Shown here: in pieces, positions 41,113 through 51,255 of the stretch
How positions within the stretch are numbered: position 1 is the first letter of the stretch
How the letters are laid out: each line of letters opens with the position of its first letter
DNA from: an uncultured Gemmatimonadaceae bacterium
Lineage (GTDB): Bacteria; Gemmatimonadota; Gemmatimonadetes; Gemmatimonadales; Gemmatimonadaceae
DNA length: 64,000 nucleotides
Direction: 5' to 3'
NCBI GenBank assembly: GCA_963790305.1
Contig: CAWBOC010000008.1
Span: 32,001-96,000, forward strand
Made by a program: the position numbers and the translations under genes
Notes under the pieces: model-generated
Seen by the model: the letters and a program-made list of their open reading frames with translations, nothing else
What the model was told of the DNA's origin: nothing
Databases searched by the model: none

Positions 41113-43647
41113 TCAGCTGCCCAGGCGACGAATGGCCTGATCGAGTGCGTTACGCACGCGCGCTTCCTGCTCCGTCGCACGACGCGCTTGCAGTCTCGCG
41201 ATCGTCGAAGCGTCGCCGAGACGTCCGAGCGCGCCGGCGGCCGCGGCTCTGACGAACGGATCCTCGTCATCCAGGAGGGGATCGAGCTCCCGCACACTGG
41301 CGGTGTCGCCTCGGCTCCCATGCGCCGCGAGTGCATTGATCGCTGCAACCCGCCCAGGCCGCGCTCCCTCGCCGAGGTGCGCGACGATCAGCGCACGCGA
41401 CTCGGCGGAGCGAATGCGGGCCAGTCCTTCCAGGGCAGCCACCCGCGGAAGGTCTCGCCACTCCTCGCGACGAAGCATATCGCGCGCGATGTCGAGCGCC
41501 ATCGCGGAATCGACGCCGACGATCGCTCGCATCGCCGCGGCGCGAACCCACCACGAGCGGTCTCCCGTCGCGAGGGCGCGCAGCCGGTTCGCCGCGTCCC
41601 CATCCCCGGTCGCCTGAGCGAGCGCGAGCGCCGCCGCCTCGCGAACGCGCGTATCAGAATCTCGAGTGGCGGCCACCACGGTGGTGCGAGCCGAGTCCTG
41701 CTTCACGATCGCGCCGAGCGCTCCGACGGCACGGGCGCGAACCATCCACAGGGAATCCTCGCTCGCCGCGAGCGCGACCGCATTTCGCGCCTCCGCTTCG
41801 CGCTCCAGTCGCGGCGCCAATCCGTCGATCGCCTCGATGCGGCCGGTTACATCCGCATCGTGCGCGAGCTGCCAGGCGAGCATGGACGTCGGCCGCGGAA
41901 AGTCGGCGAGATCGAGCAGCCAATCGCCGGCATCCCATCGAATCGACCGTGGCGGCGCCGGAACAGGAATGACGACCGCGGTCGTCTGGCCGCGCACGGC
42001 CGCGACCTGCCTCACGATCCCACTGTCAGTGAGCACCTCGACGTCGACATCGGCGTGAAAGAGTCCGGTGAGCGTGTCGCGCGGCTGCACCTGCACGGCG
42101 GTCAGCGCGACTTCGTTTCGCGCGCTGTCGAACGCCCACGAGACTCGGAACGCCGGAACTCCCGCTCCATAGACCCATTGCGCGAAGAAGCGCGAGAGGT
42201 CGAGGCCGGACGATTCCTCGAGGGCACGTCGCAGATCGGCGCTGGTCACGCTCTGATAGGGATGCGCCCGGAGATAGCGATGGATGCCAGCCCGCAACGT
42301 GGAGTCGCCAAGAACGCGACGCAGCATCTGTAACACCGAGGCGCCGCGCGGGTAAATGTGGCCGCTGAAATACACCTCCGCCGGATCCGCGACCCAGCGC
42401 CCGTAGACGAGCGGGCGGCGATTCCGACGATCGGCGGCGATCGTTGCTTCGTGCGCGTCGCGCCGCTCGATTGCGCCCGCTGCCGTCCCGTGCGCTCGCT
42501 CAGTGAACAGCGCCTCCATGAAGACAGCGAATCCTTCCGAGAGCCATGCGTCGTCCCAATGACGCATCGTCACGTAATCGCCGAACCACATGTGCGCGAG
42601 CTCGTGCGCGACGAGCCCGTCGGAATTGGACCGAGGCTCCGCCCACGCGGGATGCAGGATCGCATCATCCGACATCGTGACGGCGGTGACGTTCTCCATG
42701 CCACCAAACACGAAATCGGGCGCGACGGACTGGTCGTACTTGGACCACGGGTAATGCAGCCCGGTCCACTGGCTGAAGAACTCGAGCGCCCGCGGGGTTC
42801 GACCGAAGCCGCGCCACGTCGCCTCGATCGAGTCTCGATAGGTCCAGTAGCCGAGCGAGACGTCGCGCCACCGATCGCGAAGCACGACATAGTCGCCGGT
42901 GACGACCGACATGAGGTACGTCGACGCTGGCTGATCGAGCCGCCAGTGCCATTCCATATCCCCGCCGGGCAGGCGACGCGTCCCGACGAGTCTGCCGTTC
43001 GAAAGGGCGCGCTCCTTCGCCGGGACGCGCACGAAGAATTCCCAGGTGGTCTTGTCGTAGAGACGATCGACCGTGGGAATCCAGTAGCGGGTGTCTTCCG
43101 CGAACCCTTGCGCCCACACGACGTGCCGGCGGTCGATGAAGTAGGCGCCCCGGGCGGGACGCACCGTCTCATAATCGACGGTGACTTCGACGAGGGTGTC
43201 CGCGGCGAGGGGCTCGGTGAGCCGAATACGGAGCACGGAGCCCTGGTGCGTGAAGCCTAACGCGCGGTCTCGATGCGTCACGCGCTGAATTCGCAGGTCG
43301 ACGGCGTCGAGTGTGATCTCGCTCAGCCGTCCCCGGCCGGGCGCCGCCGCGACCCGCAACGTCGTCGAGCCGACGACGGCACGACGCGTCCAGTCGAACT
43401 GCAAACGGACGATCTGATGCCGCAGATCCTGGGTGAGCTCGGGAACGACTGCCCGAAGCTCACCCGGCGGCGCTGCGCCCCATGTGATGAGCGGGAGCGG
43501 TTGAAAGGACGGCGGCTCGGGCGCCCGCGGCGCCACGGCAACGGTGTCGACGCGCGGCGACGGCGTGACGGGAACCGGAGCCGGCGACGGAGGTGGGCTC
43601 GCGCACGCCGTGACAACCACGGCCACGAATGGAACGGATCGACGCAT
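41113..43647 (-). CDS. M1 aminopeptidase with C-terminal HEAT repeats (lipoprotein)
   Basis: GGMEN, HELAH-x18-E, YPRGA; HEAT repeats (VREAAA.AL, VRAAAA.ALG). Confidence 0.92.
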   Translation of the reverse strand: MRRSVPFVAVVVTACASPPPSPAPVPVTPSPRVDTVAVAPRAPEPPSFQPLPLITWGAAPPGELRAVVPELTQDLRHQIVRLQFDWTRRAVVGSTTLRVAAAPGRGRLSEITLDAVDLRIQRVTHRDRALGFTHQGSVLRIRLTEPLAADTLVEVTVDYETVRPARGAYFIDRRHVVWAQGFAEDTRYWIPTVDRLYDKTTWEFFVRVPAKERALSNGRLVGTRRLPGGDMEWHWRLDQPASTYLMSVVTGDYVVLRDRWRDVSLGYWTYRDSIEATWRGFGRTPRALEFFSQWTGLHYPWSKYDQSVAPDFVFGGMENVTAVTMSDDAILHPAWAEPRSNSDGLVAHELAHMWFGDYVTMRHWDDAWLSEGFAVFMEALFTERAHGTAAGAIERRDAHEATIAADRRNRRPLVYGRWVADPAEVYFSGHIYPRGASVLQMLRRVLGDSTLRAGIHRYLRAHPYQSVTSADLRRALEESSGLDLSRFFAQWVYGAGVPAFRVSWAFDSARNEVALTAVQVQPRDTLTGLFHADVDVEVLTDSGIVRQVAAVRGQTTAVVIPVPAPPRSIRWDAGDWLLDLADFPRPTSMLAWQLAHDADVTGRIEAIDGLAPRLEREAEARNAVALAASEDSLWMVRARAVGALGAIVKQDSARTTVVAATRDSDTRVREAAALALAQATGDGDAANRLRALATGDRSWWVRAAAMRAIVGVDSAMALDIARDMLRREEWRDLPRVAALEGLARIRSAESRALIVAHLGEGARPGRVAAINALAAHGSRGDTASVRELDPLLDDEDPFVRAAAAGALGRLGDASTIARLQARRATEQEARVRNALDQAIRRLGS

Positions 43648-43744
43648 GCTCAGCGGGTCGCGAAGAAACGCGCGCGAGCGCGCGCAATTGATGCGGCCCG
43701 CGGCGCGGGCTGGTGGTATATACCGCGCGACTCGGGCCAGGGGA

Positions 43745-44168
43745 ATGATGCGACAGGGAATGACACTCGATCGAGACCGTGGTCGTGCTCTCGATCATCG
43801 CGATGGTGATGGCCACCGCGGTGCCGACACTCGCGCGAATGCGTGATGGCATCGCGGTGCGGAACGCGGCGGCCGAAGCGGTGTCGGCATTCGCCATCGC
43901 TCGCCGCTCCGCCATCCTCCGGGAAGCCACCGCCGCACTCGGCGTCGACCGACCGCCGGGATTCATTACGGTGACCGCGGCCGGCGAGCTGCTCCTGCAA
44001 CGCAACCTGGAAGGAAGCTACGGCGTCACGCTCTCATCGACGCGCGACTCCACCGCCTACTCTCCGCTGGGTCACGGCTTCGGCGCAGCCAACCTGAGCC
44101 TCGTGATCGCGCGGGGCGCGGTGGCCGAGACGATCTTTGTGTCGCGGGAAGGGAGGGTGCGGAGGTAG
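43745..44168 (+). CDS. Type IV pilin-like (GspH/FimT) protein; frameshift near 43769
   Basis: Removing one G restores prepilin RQG/MTLIETVVVLSII; AR..AI; V...GRVR end. Confidence 0.75.
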
Positions 44169-44182
44169 CGGGCCGAACGGCA

Positions 44183-44274
44183 GAACCACGGAGGCACAGA
44201 GGGCACTGAGGAACGGCGAACTGCTGAGCGAGCAGTTCGCCGTTTCCTCAGTGCCCTCTGTGCCTCTGTGGTTC
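44183..44274. repeat. Inverted 9-nt repeat hairpin, family C copy 2
   Basis: GAACCACGGAGGCACAGAGGGCACTGAGGAACGGCGAACTGCT...AGCAGTTCGCCGTTTCCTCAGTGCCCTCTGTGCCTCTGTGGTTC. Confidence 0.9.
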
Positions 44275-44294
44275 GCCGTTGTTTCCTGCGCTAC

Positions 44295-45456
44295 TTAATC
44301 GGCCGCGACAGTCCCGAAATCGTACCCCGGCACCGAAATTCTCGGAATCGGCGTGCCGAGCACGCGCTCGATCGTTCGCACCATCCCGATCTCGTCGGGC
44401 GACATGAACGTGAACGCGTCGCCCGTCGCCGCGGCGCGGCCGGTGCGGCCGATGCGGTGCACGTAGTCCTCCGGACGCTGCGGCACGTCGTAGTTGATGA
44501 CGTGTGAGATCCCGGCGATGTCGAGCCCGCGCTGCGCGATGTCGGTCGCGACGAGCACGCGGATCTTTCCTTCCCTGAAGCCCTCGAGCGCCTGCATGCG
44601 CTGCGACTGAGCTCTTGTCGGCGTGCATGGCCGATGCGTCGATTCCCGCGCGCTCGAGATGGCGCACCAGTCGGTCGGCGCCATGCTTCGTCCGCGTGAA
44701 GACGAGCACCGAGTCCATCTCCGGCCGCTTCAGCAGCTCGGCGAGGAGTGCGCTCTTCCGCTCGCGCGGCACGGGATAGACCGCGTGCGTCACCGTGTCG
44801 ACCGCCTGCGTGCGGAGACCGACCTGAACGACGAGCGGCTTGCGAAGATATTTGCGGGCGAGCGCTTCGACTTCGGGAGGCATCGTCGCGCTGAAGAGCA
44901 GCGTCTGACGGTAGGGCGGAACGTCGCGCACGATCTGGTTGATCTGCGGCGCGAATCCCATGTCGAGCATCCGGTCGGCCTCGTCGAGGACCAGCACTTC
45001 GAGATCGTCGAACACCAGGTTCTGTCGCTCGAGGTGGTCGATCAGGCGGCCTGGCGTCGCGACTACGACGTCGACCCCGCGGCGAAGCGCCGTCTCCTGG
45101 GGTCCAAGCGCGACGCCACCGAAGATCTCCGCGACCCGGAGGCCGCTGTGGCGTCCATACTTCTCGAAGCTCTCGCGAACCTGGGCCGCGAGCTCGCGCG
45201 TTGGGGTGAGAATGAGGGCCCTAAGTCGCCGGGGGCCGCCAAGAAGGCGTTGGACGATCGGGAGCGTGAATGCGGCGGTCTTGCCGGTACCTGTCTGGGC
45301 CAGCCCGATCAGGTCTCGCCCCTTGAGGGCGAGGGGGATCGCCTGCGCCTGAATTGGCGTCGGGTCCCGGTACCCCGCGTCGCGAATGGCGTCGATCAGC
45401 TCTGGCGCGAGGCCGAGCAGCTCGAATGCGGGGAGCGTTTCAATTGTCGTTTGCAT
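44295..45456 (-). CDS. DEAD-box RNA helicase (RhlE-like); frameshift near 44610
   Basis: Q motif PTPIQ, AQTGTGKT, PTRELA, DEAD, SAT, ATDIA.RGLDI, HRIGRTGR. Confidence 0.95.
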
Positions 45457-45776
45457 GTCACCTACTGCGCCGGGTCCGCTCGACTCCGGGGTGCGTGCCC
45501 CGGGACCGGCGCGCCTTCAGCCGCGCCATGCTGGCGCGCACCGGAGGTGGAAATTTTCGGAAGGGCAGCGAAATGTGCGGCTCTTCAGCGAGCCAATGTC
45601 CCGAGCGGCTGGAATCGGCTCCACGGCAACGCTCAGGGCGCCCCGTGCATCAAATGTAAGTACATCAATGATCTAGCGCCACCGACCCCGCGACTCTAAT
45701 GTGAGCCTCTGGTCGAAACCTGCGGGGCGAGGTTACGGTAGTGCTACCGGAACCCAGCGTTTGTGTGGAGGACGAC

Positions 45777-46319
45777 GTGCAATTCGAATACGTCATATTG
45801 ATCGAGCAGCAGACCGCTGCCGAAGCGAGAGCGCAAGCACGCGCGGAGGCTCAGGAGGCCGCCGCGCAGGCGCGAGCCGAGGCACAGGCCGCCGCAGCGG
45901 AAGCGAGGGAGCAAGCGCGTATCGCCGTGGAGCAGGTGCAGCGGGATGTCCAGCGGCAGATCCAGGACCAGGTTCAGCAGCGGATCCACGTGGAGCAGGG
46001 GCAAGGTCCAGACATTGTCGTCGGGCGGGGCTTCCCACCACCCTGGGAGCGCAATGACATCCCGCCGCGCGTGGTCGACGTGATCACGCTGTTCGTCGTG
46101 GCGATGGTGATCTGCATCGTCGGTCTCCCCATCGCGCGTGCCGTGGGTCGCTGGATCGATCGACGCGGCTCGCCGCCCGCGGTGAGTGCGGAGCTCGCTG
46201 CCCAGATGACTCGCATCGAGCAGGCGGTCGATACGATGTCGGTGGAGGTGGAGCGGATCTCGGAGGCGCAGCGGTTCCAGGCGAAGCTGCTCTCGGATCG
46301 GGAGAAGGTGAGAGCCTAA
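45777..46319 (+). CDS. Hypothetical single-pass membrane protein with coiled coil
   Basis: GGAGGA RBS plus GTG; Ala/Gln-rich coil, TM helix, IEQAVD..SVEVERISE.QRF..KLL. Confidence 0.7.
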   Translation: MQFEYVILIEQQTAAEARAQARAEAQEAAAQARAEAQAAAAEAREQARIAVEQVQRDVQRQIQDQVQQRIHVEQGQGPDIVVGRGFPPPWERNDIPPRVVDVITLFVVAMVICIVGLPIARAVGRWIDRRGSPPAVSAELAAQMTRIEQAVDTMSVEVERISEAQRFQAKLLSDREKVRA

Positions 46320-46323
46320 CGAC

Positions 46324-46455
46324 GAAGCGCTAGAGGCGCTAGAGGCGCTAGAGGCGCTGATGAACAACAGGGCTGCCACCGATCGCAGCCAGCGCTTCTT
46401 TTTTCAGCGCCTCTAGCGCCTCCAGCGCCTCTAGCGCCTTTAGCGCCTCTACTTC
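46324..46455. repeat. Inverted 9-nt repeat hairpin, family D copy 2
   Basis: (GCGCTAGAG)x3 ... (AGCGCCTCT)-type x5 between convergent genes. Confidence 0.9.
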
Positions 46456-46667
46456 CACGCCCCCGTTTCACGCAGCTGCGGAATCGACTGACGCGGAATC
46501 GAGACCATGCCGTCACACTCCATGCACACGTCGACCAGGACGTTCGGGACACGGAGCCGCGTGCCGGGCATGTGCACGGTGCGGACTTCATAGCGAGTGC
46601 GCACGATCTTGCGGCACGCGCGACACGAGCTGGACGACACGTCCCCAGCCTGGAACAGCGCTTTCAC
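46449..46667 (-). CDS. Small zinc-ribbon protein (YgiT/MqsA-type-like)
   Basis: GAGAGGT RBS plus GTG; CRAC...VPNV.V.VCMECD. Confidence 0.65.
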   Translation of the reverse strand: MKALFQAGDVSSSSCRACRKIVRTRYEVRTVHMPGTRLRVPNVLVDVCMECDGMVSIPRQSIPQLRETGAWK

Positions 46668-46824
46668 GGAGCACCTCTCTGTTAGTGAAGACGGAATGAA
46701 CCGAACGACATCATTCTGCGTTTCCGTCTGTATGACACTACGAGAGACGCGCGGGGTTTGTGTCAGCAACGCGACTTCACCAAACCAATACAGTTGCGAC
46801 TAAAACGCTGACGTATGGCGGCCT

Positions 46825-46961
46825 AACGAGGGGTCAGGAGTCAGGGGTCAGGAATCAGGGGGGCTCAGGGAAGAGGTGCCAGGGGAGCAACGCTGTTCAT
46901 CTCCTACAACCCATTCCCCGACACCCCCTGATCCCTGATCCCTGACTCCTGATACCTCGTT
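46825..46961. repeat. Inverted heptamer-repeat hairpin, family E copy 1
   Basis: (TCAGGRR)n ... (CCTGATC/CCTGACT)n with outer AACGAGG/CCTCGTT pairing. Confidence 0.85.
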
Positions 46962-48136
46962 CAAACGATATTGATCTGGCGCCCGGCAAAACGTCCAATG
47001 AGCCCAAGCCGGAACGTCACGTCGCTCCATCGCTCTTCGCCGGCGTGCTGCGATTCGAGCGGAAACGATGGCCACACGAGCGCATTGGTCGAGCGCGGCA
47101 TCGCCAGGCCCTTGTGGGGATGCCAGACGCCGTGCTCATCGCGGTCGTCGAGGAACCGGTCGTAGAGCTTCGCCCACCCCTCGTGCCGTCGCAGATATCC
47201 CATGCGGCTCGCGATCTCGAGCCAGGTGAGCGCCCACGGGACATCGGCGTCCGCCGCGTTCCGGTGCGGGAGGGGATCGCCCATCAGCAGATGCGGCTGG
47301 GGGACGATCTTTTCGCCGAAGAGCCGAGCCGGCGTCTGGCGGGGCATCGGCTGGGAGAGGAACTGGAAGAGGCGCTCCATCACATCATAGTGCTCGCTCC
47401 GGAACAGCGGCATGAAGGCCAGCATGACCAGGGTGTGGAAGGACGGCGGCAAGGCCTCGGGGGCGAGCACCTGCTGGTTGCCCGCGCGCACCCATGGCTT
47501 CTGCGCGAATGGCGACCGGAGGTACAGGTAGAGGCGATCGACGATCCGCCGCGCGGCCCCGCGGAGCCGCGGGTCCGACTCGTACCCTGCCTGGGCGAGG
47601 GCGGAGGCGGCGGCTTCGCGGAGCGTCGTGCGCCCGGTGCGGATCACTTGGGGATCGGCCCGACCCTTCGCAGGCGCCAACTCGAACAAAAACGCCGGAT
47701 CCTCGTCCTCGGCAAGCAGTCGAAACAGGATCCGGCGGGCGCGCATGAGCGGGGGGGATTCCTTCTCCCACCCGTACTCGAGCAACCTTCGCGTGGCGGT
47801 AATGGTGCCTACGCCCTCGAATCCATGGGCGCGCCCCGATGGGATCTCGAGCATGGACCCGCCCCACGTCCCGTCGAGCTGCTGAGCGAGCGCGAGCGAG
47901 AGCGCCGGGACGTAGGTATATGGAAGGGTTCCGATCCGGCGAATTTCCTGCGCAGGTAGCCGCGCTACGTCGATGGTGGCGCGATACTGTATTGGTGCAC
48001 TCGCGTGATCGAGCAGCCAGCCGAGTGGGAAGTCGACCGCTGCTCCGATGGGGAGCAGCGATGGCGGCAACGGCGTCTGAGACGGGGGAGGAGCGGGCGG
48101 CGGTTCTGGCAGGCCAGGCGTGATCGGATCGGTCAC
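46961..48136 (-). CDS. Hypothetical protein, possibly alpha/alpha-barrel (prenyltransferase/cyclase-like)
   Basis: 391-aa ORF with typical codon usage; Q..DG.W and D..GVW motifs. Confidence 0.6.
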   Translation of the reverse strand: MTDPITPGLPEPPPAPPPSQTPLPPSLLPIGAAVDFPLGWLLDHASAPIQYRATIDVARLPAQEIRRIGTLPYTYVPALSLALAQQLDGTWGGSMLEIPSGRAHGFEGVGTITATRRLLEYGWEKESPPLMRARRILFRLLAEDEDPAFLFELAPAKGRADPQVIRTGRTTLREAAASALAQAGYESDPRLRGAARRIVDRLYLYLRSPFAQKPWVRAGNQQVLAPEALPPSFHTLVMLAFMPLFRSEHYDVMERLFQFLSQPMPRQTPARLFGEKIVPQPHLLMGDPLPHRNAADADVPWALTWLEIASRMGYLRRHEGWAKLYDRFLDDRDEHGVWHPHKGLAMPRSTNALVWPSFPLESQHAGEERWSDVTFRLGLIGRFAGRQINIV

Positions 48137-48150
48137 GGGCGGCGCTCATC

Positions 48151-48163
48151 AATCAAGTCGTTG
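48151..48163 (+). promoter_or_regulatory. Possible IHF-binding site
   Basis: AATCAAGTCGTTG matches WATCAANNNNTTR in a divergent intergenic region. Confidence 0.35.
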
Positions 48164-48376
48164 TCAGACAACGCGGTGGAACTCGGGCGGTAAGGATAGC
48201 ACTTTTCCGGCCGCGCGCTAGGACATGCGCGCGGACGAGGGCCGCCAGACAAACCCGTTGACCCCCGCCAGAAGGGCCTGCCTGGCTTCTTAACGTTCGG
48301 GCGGGGTCGGCGTCTACCATTCGCAACGGGGCCTCGGAGGAAAGTCGGCCCACTCACCAATGGAGGAGTGAAGTCC

Positions 48377-48910
48377 ATGATTCGAAAGCACATTGTCGTT
48401 CTCGGAGCCGCCATTGCAATGTTCGCGGCGAGTGAGGCGACTGCTCAGGCACCGGCGCAGACGGATTCGGCGCGCCGGCAGGGCGAGCTCCGCCGCGGCG
48501 ACCGTGCCCGCGGAGACCGCGGCAAGATGCGCCAGGCGGGAGCGCGCGGGCTCTTCCGCGGCATCGACCTGACGCAGGCGCAGCGCGACCAGATCAAGAC
48601 CGTCAACGAGAAGTATCACGCGCAGTTCCAGACGATTCGGGAGTCGCTGAAGCCCGATCTCAAGGCGGCGCAGGAAGCGCGTCAGCGTGGTGACACGGTG
48701 GCGGCGCGTGCGGCCTTCGAGCGCACCAAGCCTGCTCGCGACCGGATCGAGGCGCTGATGCAGCAGCAGCGCACGGAAGTGCGGGCGTTGCTCACGGCCG
48801 AGCAGCAGCAGACGTTCGACTCCAATGTTGCTCAGATGAAGGAGCGGATGGAGAAGCGCGGTGGCGATCGCCAGAAGGGCGAGGGCCGTAAAGGGCGTCG
48901 CGGCCGCTGA
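48377..48910 (+). CDS. Spy/CpxP family periplasmic protein
   Basis: Signal peptide; two LTxxQ motifs (LTQAQ, LTAEQ). Confidence 0.88.
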   Translation: MIRKHIVVLGAAIAMFAASEATAQAPAQTDSARRQGELRRGDRARGDRGKMRQAGARGLFRGIDLTQAQRDQIKTVNEKYHAQFQTIRESLKPDLKAAQEARQRGDTVAARAAFERTKPARDRIEALMQQQRTEVRALLTAEQQQTFDSNVAQMKERMEKRGGDRQKGEGRKGRRGR

Positions 48911-48911
48911 A

Positions 48912-49065
48912 CTAGGGGTCAGGAGTCAGGAGTCAGGAATCAGGGGTGGAAGGGCAAACGGCCGCGCAGCGCGCGGCCGTTTGCTCATCTGATGAGGGCC
49001 GCACGCGCGAAGCGCGGCGGCCCCTTTCCTTCCCTGACCCCTGAGTCCTGACTCCTGACCCCTAG
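48912..49065. repeat. Inverted heptamer-repeat element, family E copy 2, branched with two internal hairpins
   Basis: CTAGGGGTCAGGAGTCAGGAGTCAGG...CCTGAGTCCTGACTCCTGACCCCTAG. Confidence 0.9.
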
Positions 49066-49111
49066 CAGGTGTTGCCCCTGCACCGCCGGCCCGGTCATCT
49101 TCCTGCGCAGA

Positions 49112-51173
49112 ATGATTCAGAGTCTGCTTACCCGCCCCGTCTCGAAAGTCCCCGACCGCGTCCGGTTCGACGGGCGTGTGCTGTTCCTTACCGAAGACCC
49201 TGCCCTTCTCCGGCGGCAGCTCGCTGGCGAAGACCTCCCGTTCGACCCGACTGCACCGGTAGGCTCGCGGCCGCACCCCAAGCTGCGCGACAATATCTCG
49301 ACCGACGAGATCACGCCGGCCTACATCTGCTACTACTTCGACGAGACCCTCGGCGACTTCCCGTACCTGGGGCTCAAGGCGGGCGAGGAGTTTCCGATCG
49401 TCCGCGGATCGGTCAAGTCGGGCGGATTCGTGTGCTCGGTGTCAGGGCAAGCGGCGCGGCAAAGGCTCGTCGCGTGAGCAGTCCCCGTACGCGGAGATGA
49501 TGGCGGGAATCCGGCTGGTGATCGCCGAGAACATCGAGCGGATCTACCGGGAGAATTGCCAGAACCTCGGCGTCTTCACGTCGACCGATCTCTCGCTCAT
49601 CGAGCGCGTCCGCCGCGGCGACGAGATCGCGCTCGAGGAGTTCACGCGCGGCGAAGGCGACATCTCGAGGGGCATCATCGAGTACGGCGGCCTGTTCAAC
49701 TACAACGTCGCGCGGCTGCAGGGAAAGGCGACGGTGCCGACCGTCACGACGAAGCCGCGCCCGATGACGATCGCCGAGAAGATCTTCGCCCGGCACTGGG
49801 TGGTCGATGCGGCGAAGGGGAAGACGGGAGTGCCCGCGGTGCAGGCCGGCGACCAGGGGTTCGTGCGCACCGACATTCGCTTCTCGCACGAGTACGTGAC
49901 GCCGATGGCGGCGATCTTCTTCGAGGAGCTGGTCGGGAAGGACGAGCCGGTGAACGATCCAGCATCGGTCTTTCTCTTCCGCGACCACCTCACGTTCCTC
50001 GACCAGGTGATGCGACCCGAGCACGTGGAGATGGGACTGCTCGACGTCGCCAATCAGCTCGAGAAGACGCAGCGGGAGTTCGCGGCGGCCAAGGGGATCA
50101 AGCTGTACGGGCAGCTCGATCAGCGCCTCAATCTGCATGGGGCGCTGTCCGCGGCGGGATCGGAGGCGATCTGCCACTCGAAGATTCTCGAGGCGCACGC
50201 GCTTCCCGGGCACATCATCATCGGCAGCGACTCCCACACTCCGCACGCGGGTGCGGTCGGCTGCGTCGCATTCGGCGTGGGCACGACGGCGATCTTCAAC
50301 TCGTGGATCACGAAGGACGTGCGCGTGGAGGTACCGCGCTCGTTCAAGGTGATCGTCCGCGGCGAGAAGCCGGAGAACGTGACGGCGAAGGATTTCATGC
50401 TCGAGATCCTGCGCCACCCGTACATCAAGGATGGTCACGCGATCGGCCAGATCATCGAGTACGCCGGTGAGGCCGTCGAATCGCTCTCGGTCGACGAGCG
50501 CGCGACGATGACCAACATGGCGGCCGAAGTGGGCGCCTTCACCGGAATCATCGCGCCCGACGAGAAGACGGTCGAGTATCTGGTGGGACAACGCGGAATG
50601 CGGAGTGTGGAAGTCCGTGAATTGATGAAGGGCCTGACATCCGATCCGGGTGCCGATTACGTGAAGATCATCGAGATCGACGCCTCGTCGCTCAAGCCGA
50701 TGATCGCGCTCCCCGGAGATCCCGGGAACGGGCTGTACGTCGAGGAGCTCGGGCGGGAGGTGCCGGTCGACATCGCGTATGCCGGCTCGTGCACCGCGGG
50801 CAAGAAGGAGGACATGGACATGTACGCTCGTGTCTTCCAGGAAGCGCTCGACCGCGGGGAGACGGTCAAGGTTCGCACGTACATTCAGTGCGGCTCGCGC
50901 GAGGTCTTCGAGTACTGCCAGGAGCGCGGCTACGACGAGGTGTTCGCCAACGTCGGCGCCATCTTCGTGGAGCCGTCGTGCGGCGCCTGCATCAACGCCG
51001 GCCCCGGCGTCTCGCGCACGCGCGACGAAGTCACCATCTCGGCGATCAACCGCAACTTTCCGGGACGGTCTGGTCCCGGCCAGCTGTACCTCGCGTCCCC
51101 GTTTACGGTGGCGGCGTCGGCCGTGGCTGGAAAGATCGTCGAGTGGCGGCCCGCAGTAATGGCTGGAAAGTAG
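49112..51173 (+). CDS. Aconitase-family hydratase, swivel (LeuD-like) domain fused N-terminal to LeuC-like domains; frameshift near 49448
   Basis: DNISTDEITP, G.GSSRE, RIY..NC.N.G; then T.AEKI, DH, GSDSHT, GSCT, CGAC, NRNFPGRSG, LASP..VAASA. Confidence 0.88.
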
Positions 51174-51236
51174 GAATGCGGAATACGGAATGCGGATTCA
51201 GCTTTGCGCAGCATCCGCATTGCGCATTCCGCATTC
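51174..51236. repeat. Inverted heptamer-repeat hairpin, family B copy 7
   Basis: GAATGCGGAATACGGAATGCGGAT...ATCCGCATTGCGCATTCCGCATTC directly after TAG. Confidence 0.85.
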
Positions 51237-51255
51237 TGACAATGGACCTCACCTC

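Noticed and set aside
46314..46961. Integron attC sites suggested by GCCTAAC/GTTAGGC
   Set aside because: No RYYYAAC...GTTRRRY pair closes a hairpin at attC spacing, most copies are inside genes and no integrase is present.
48989..49030. Hammerhead ribozyme (CTGATGAG followed by a stem)
   Set aside because: The stem is followed by TTTCC rather than GAAA, and stems I and III cannot be formed.
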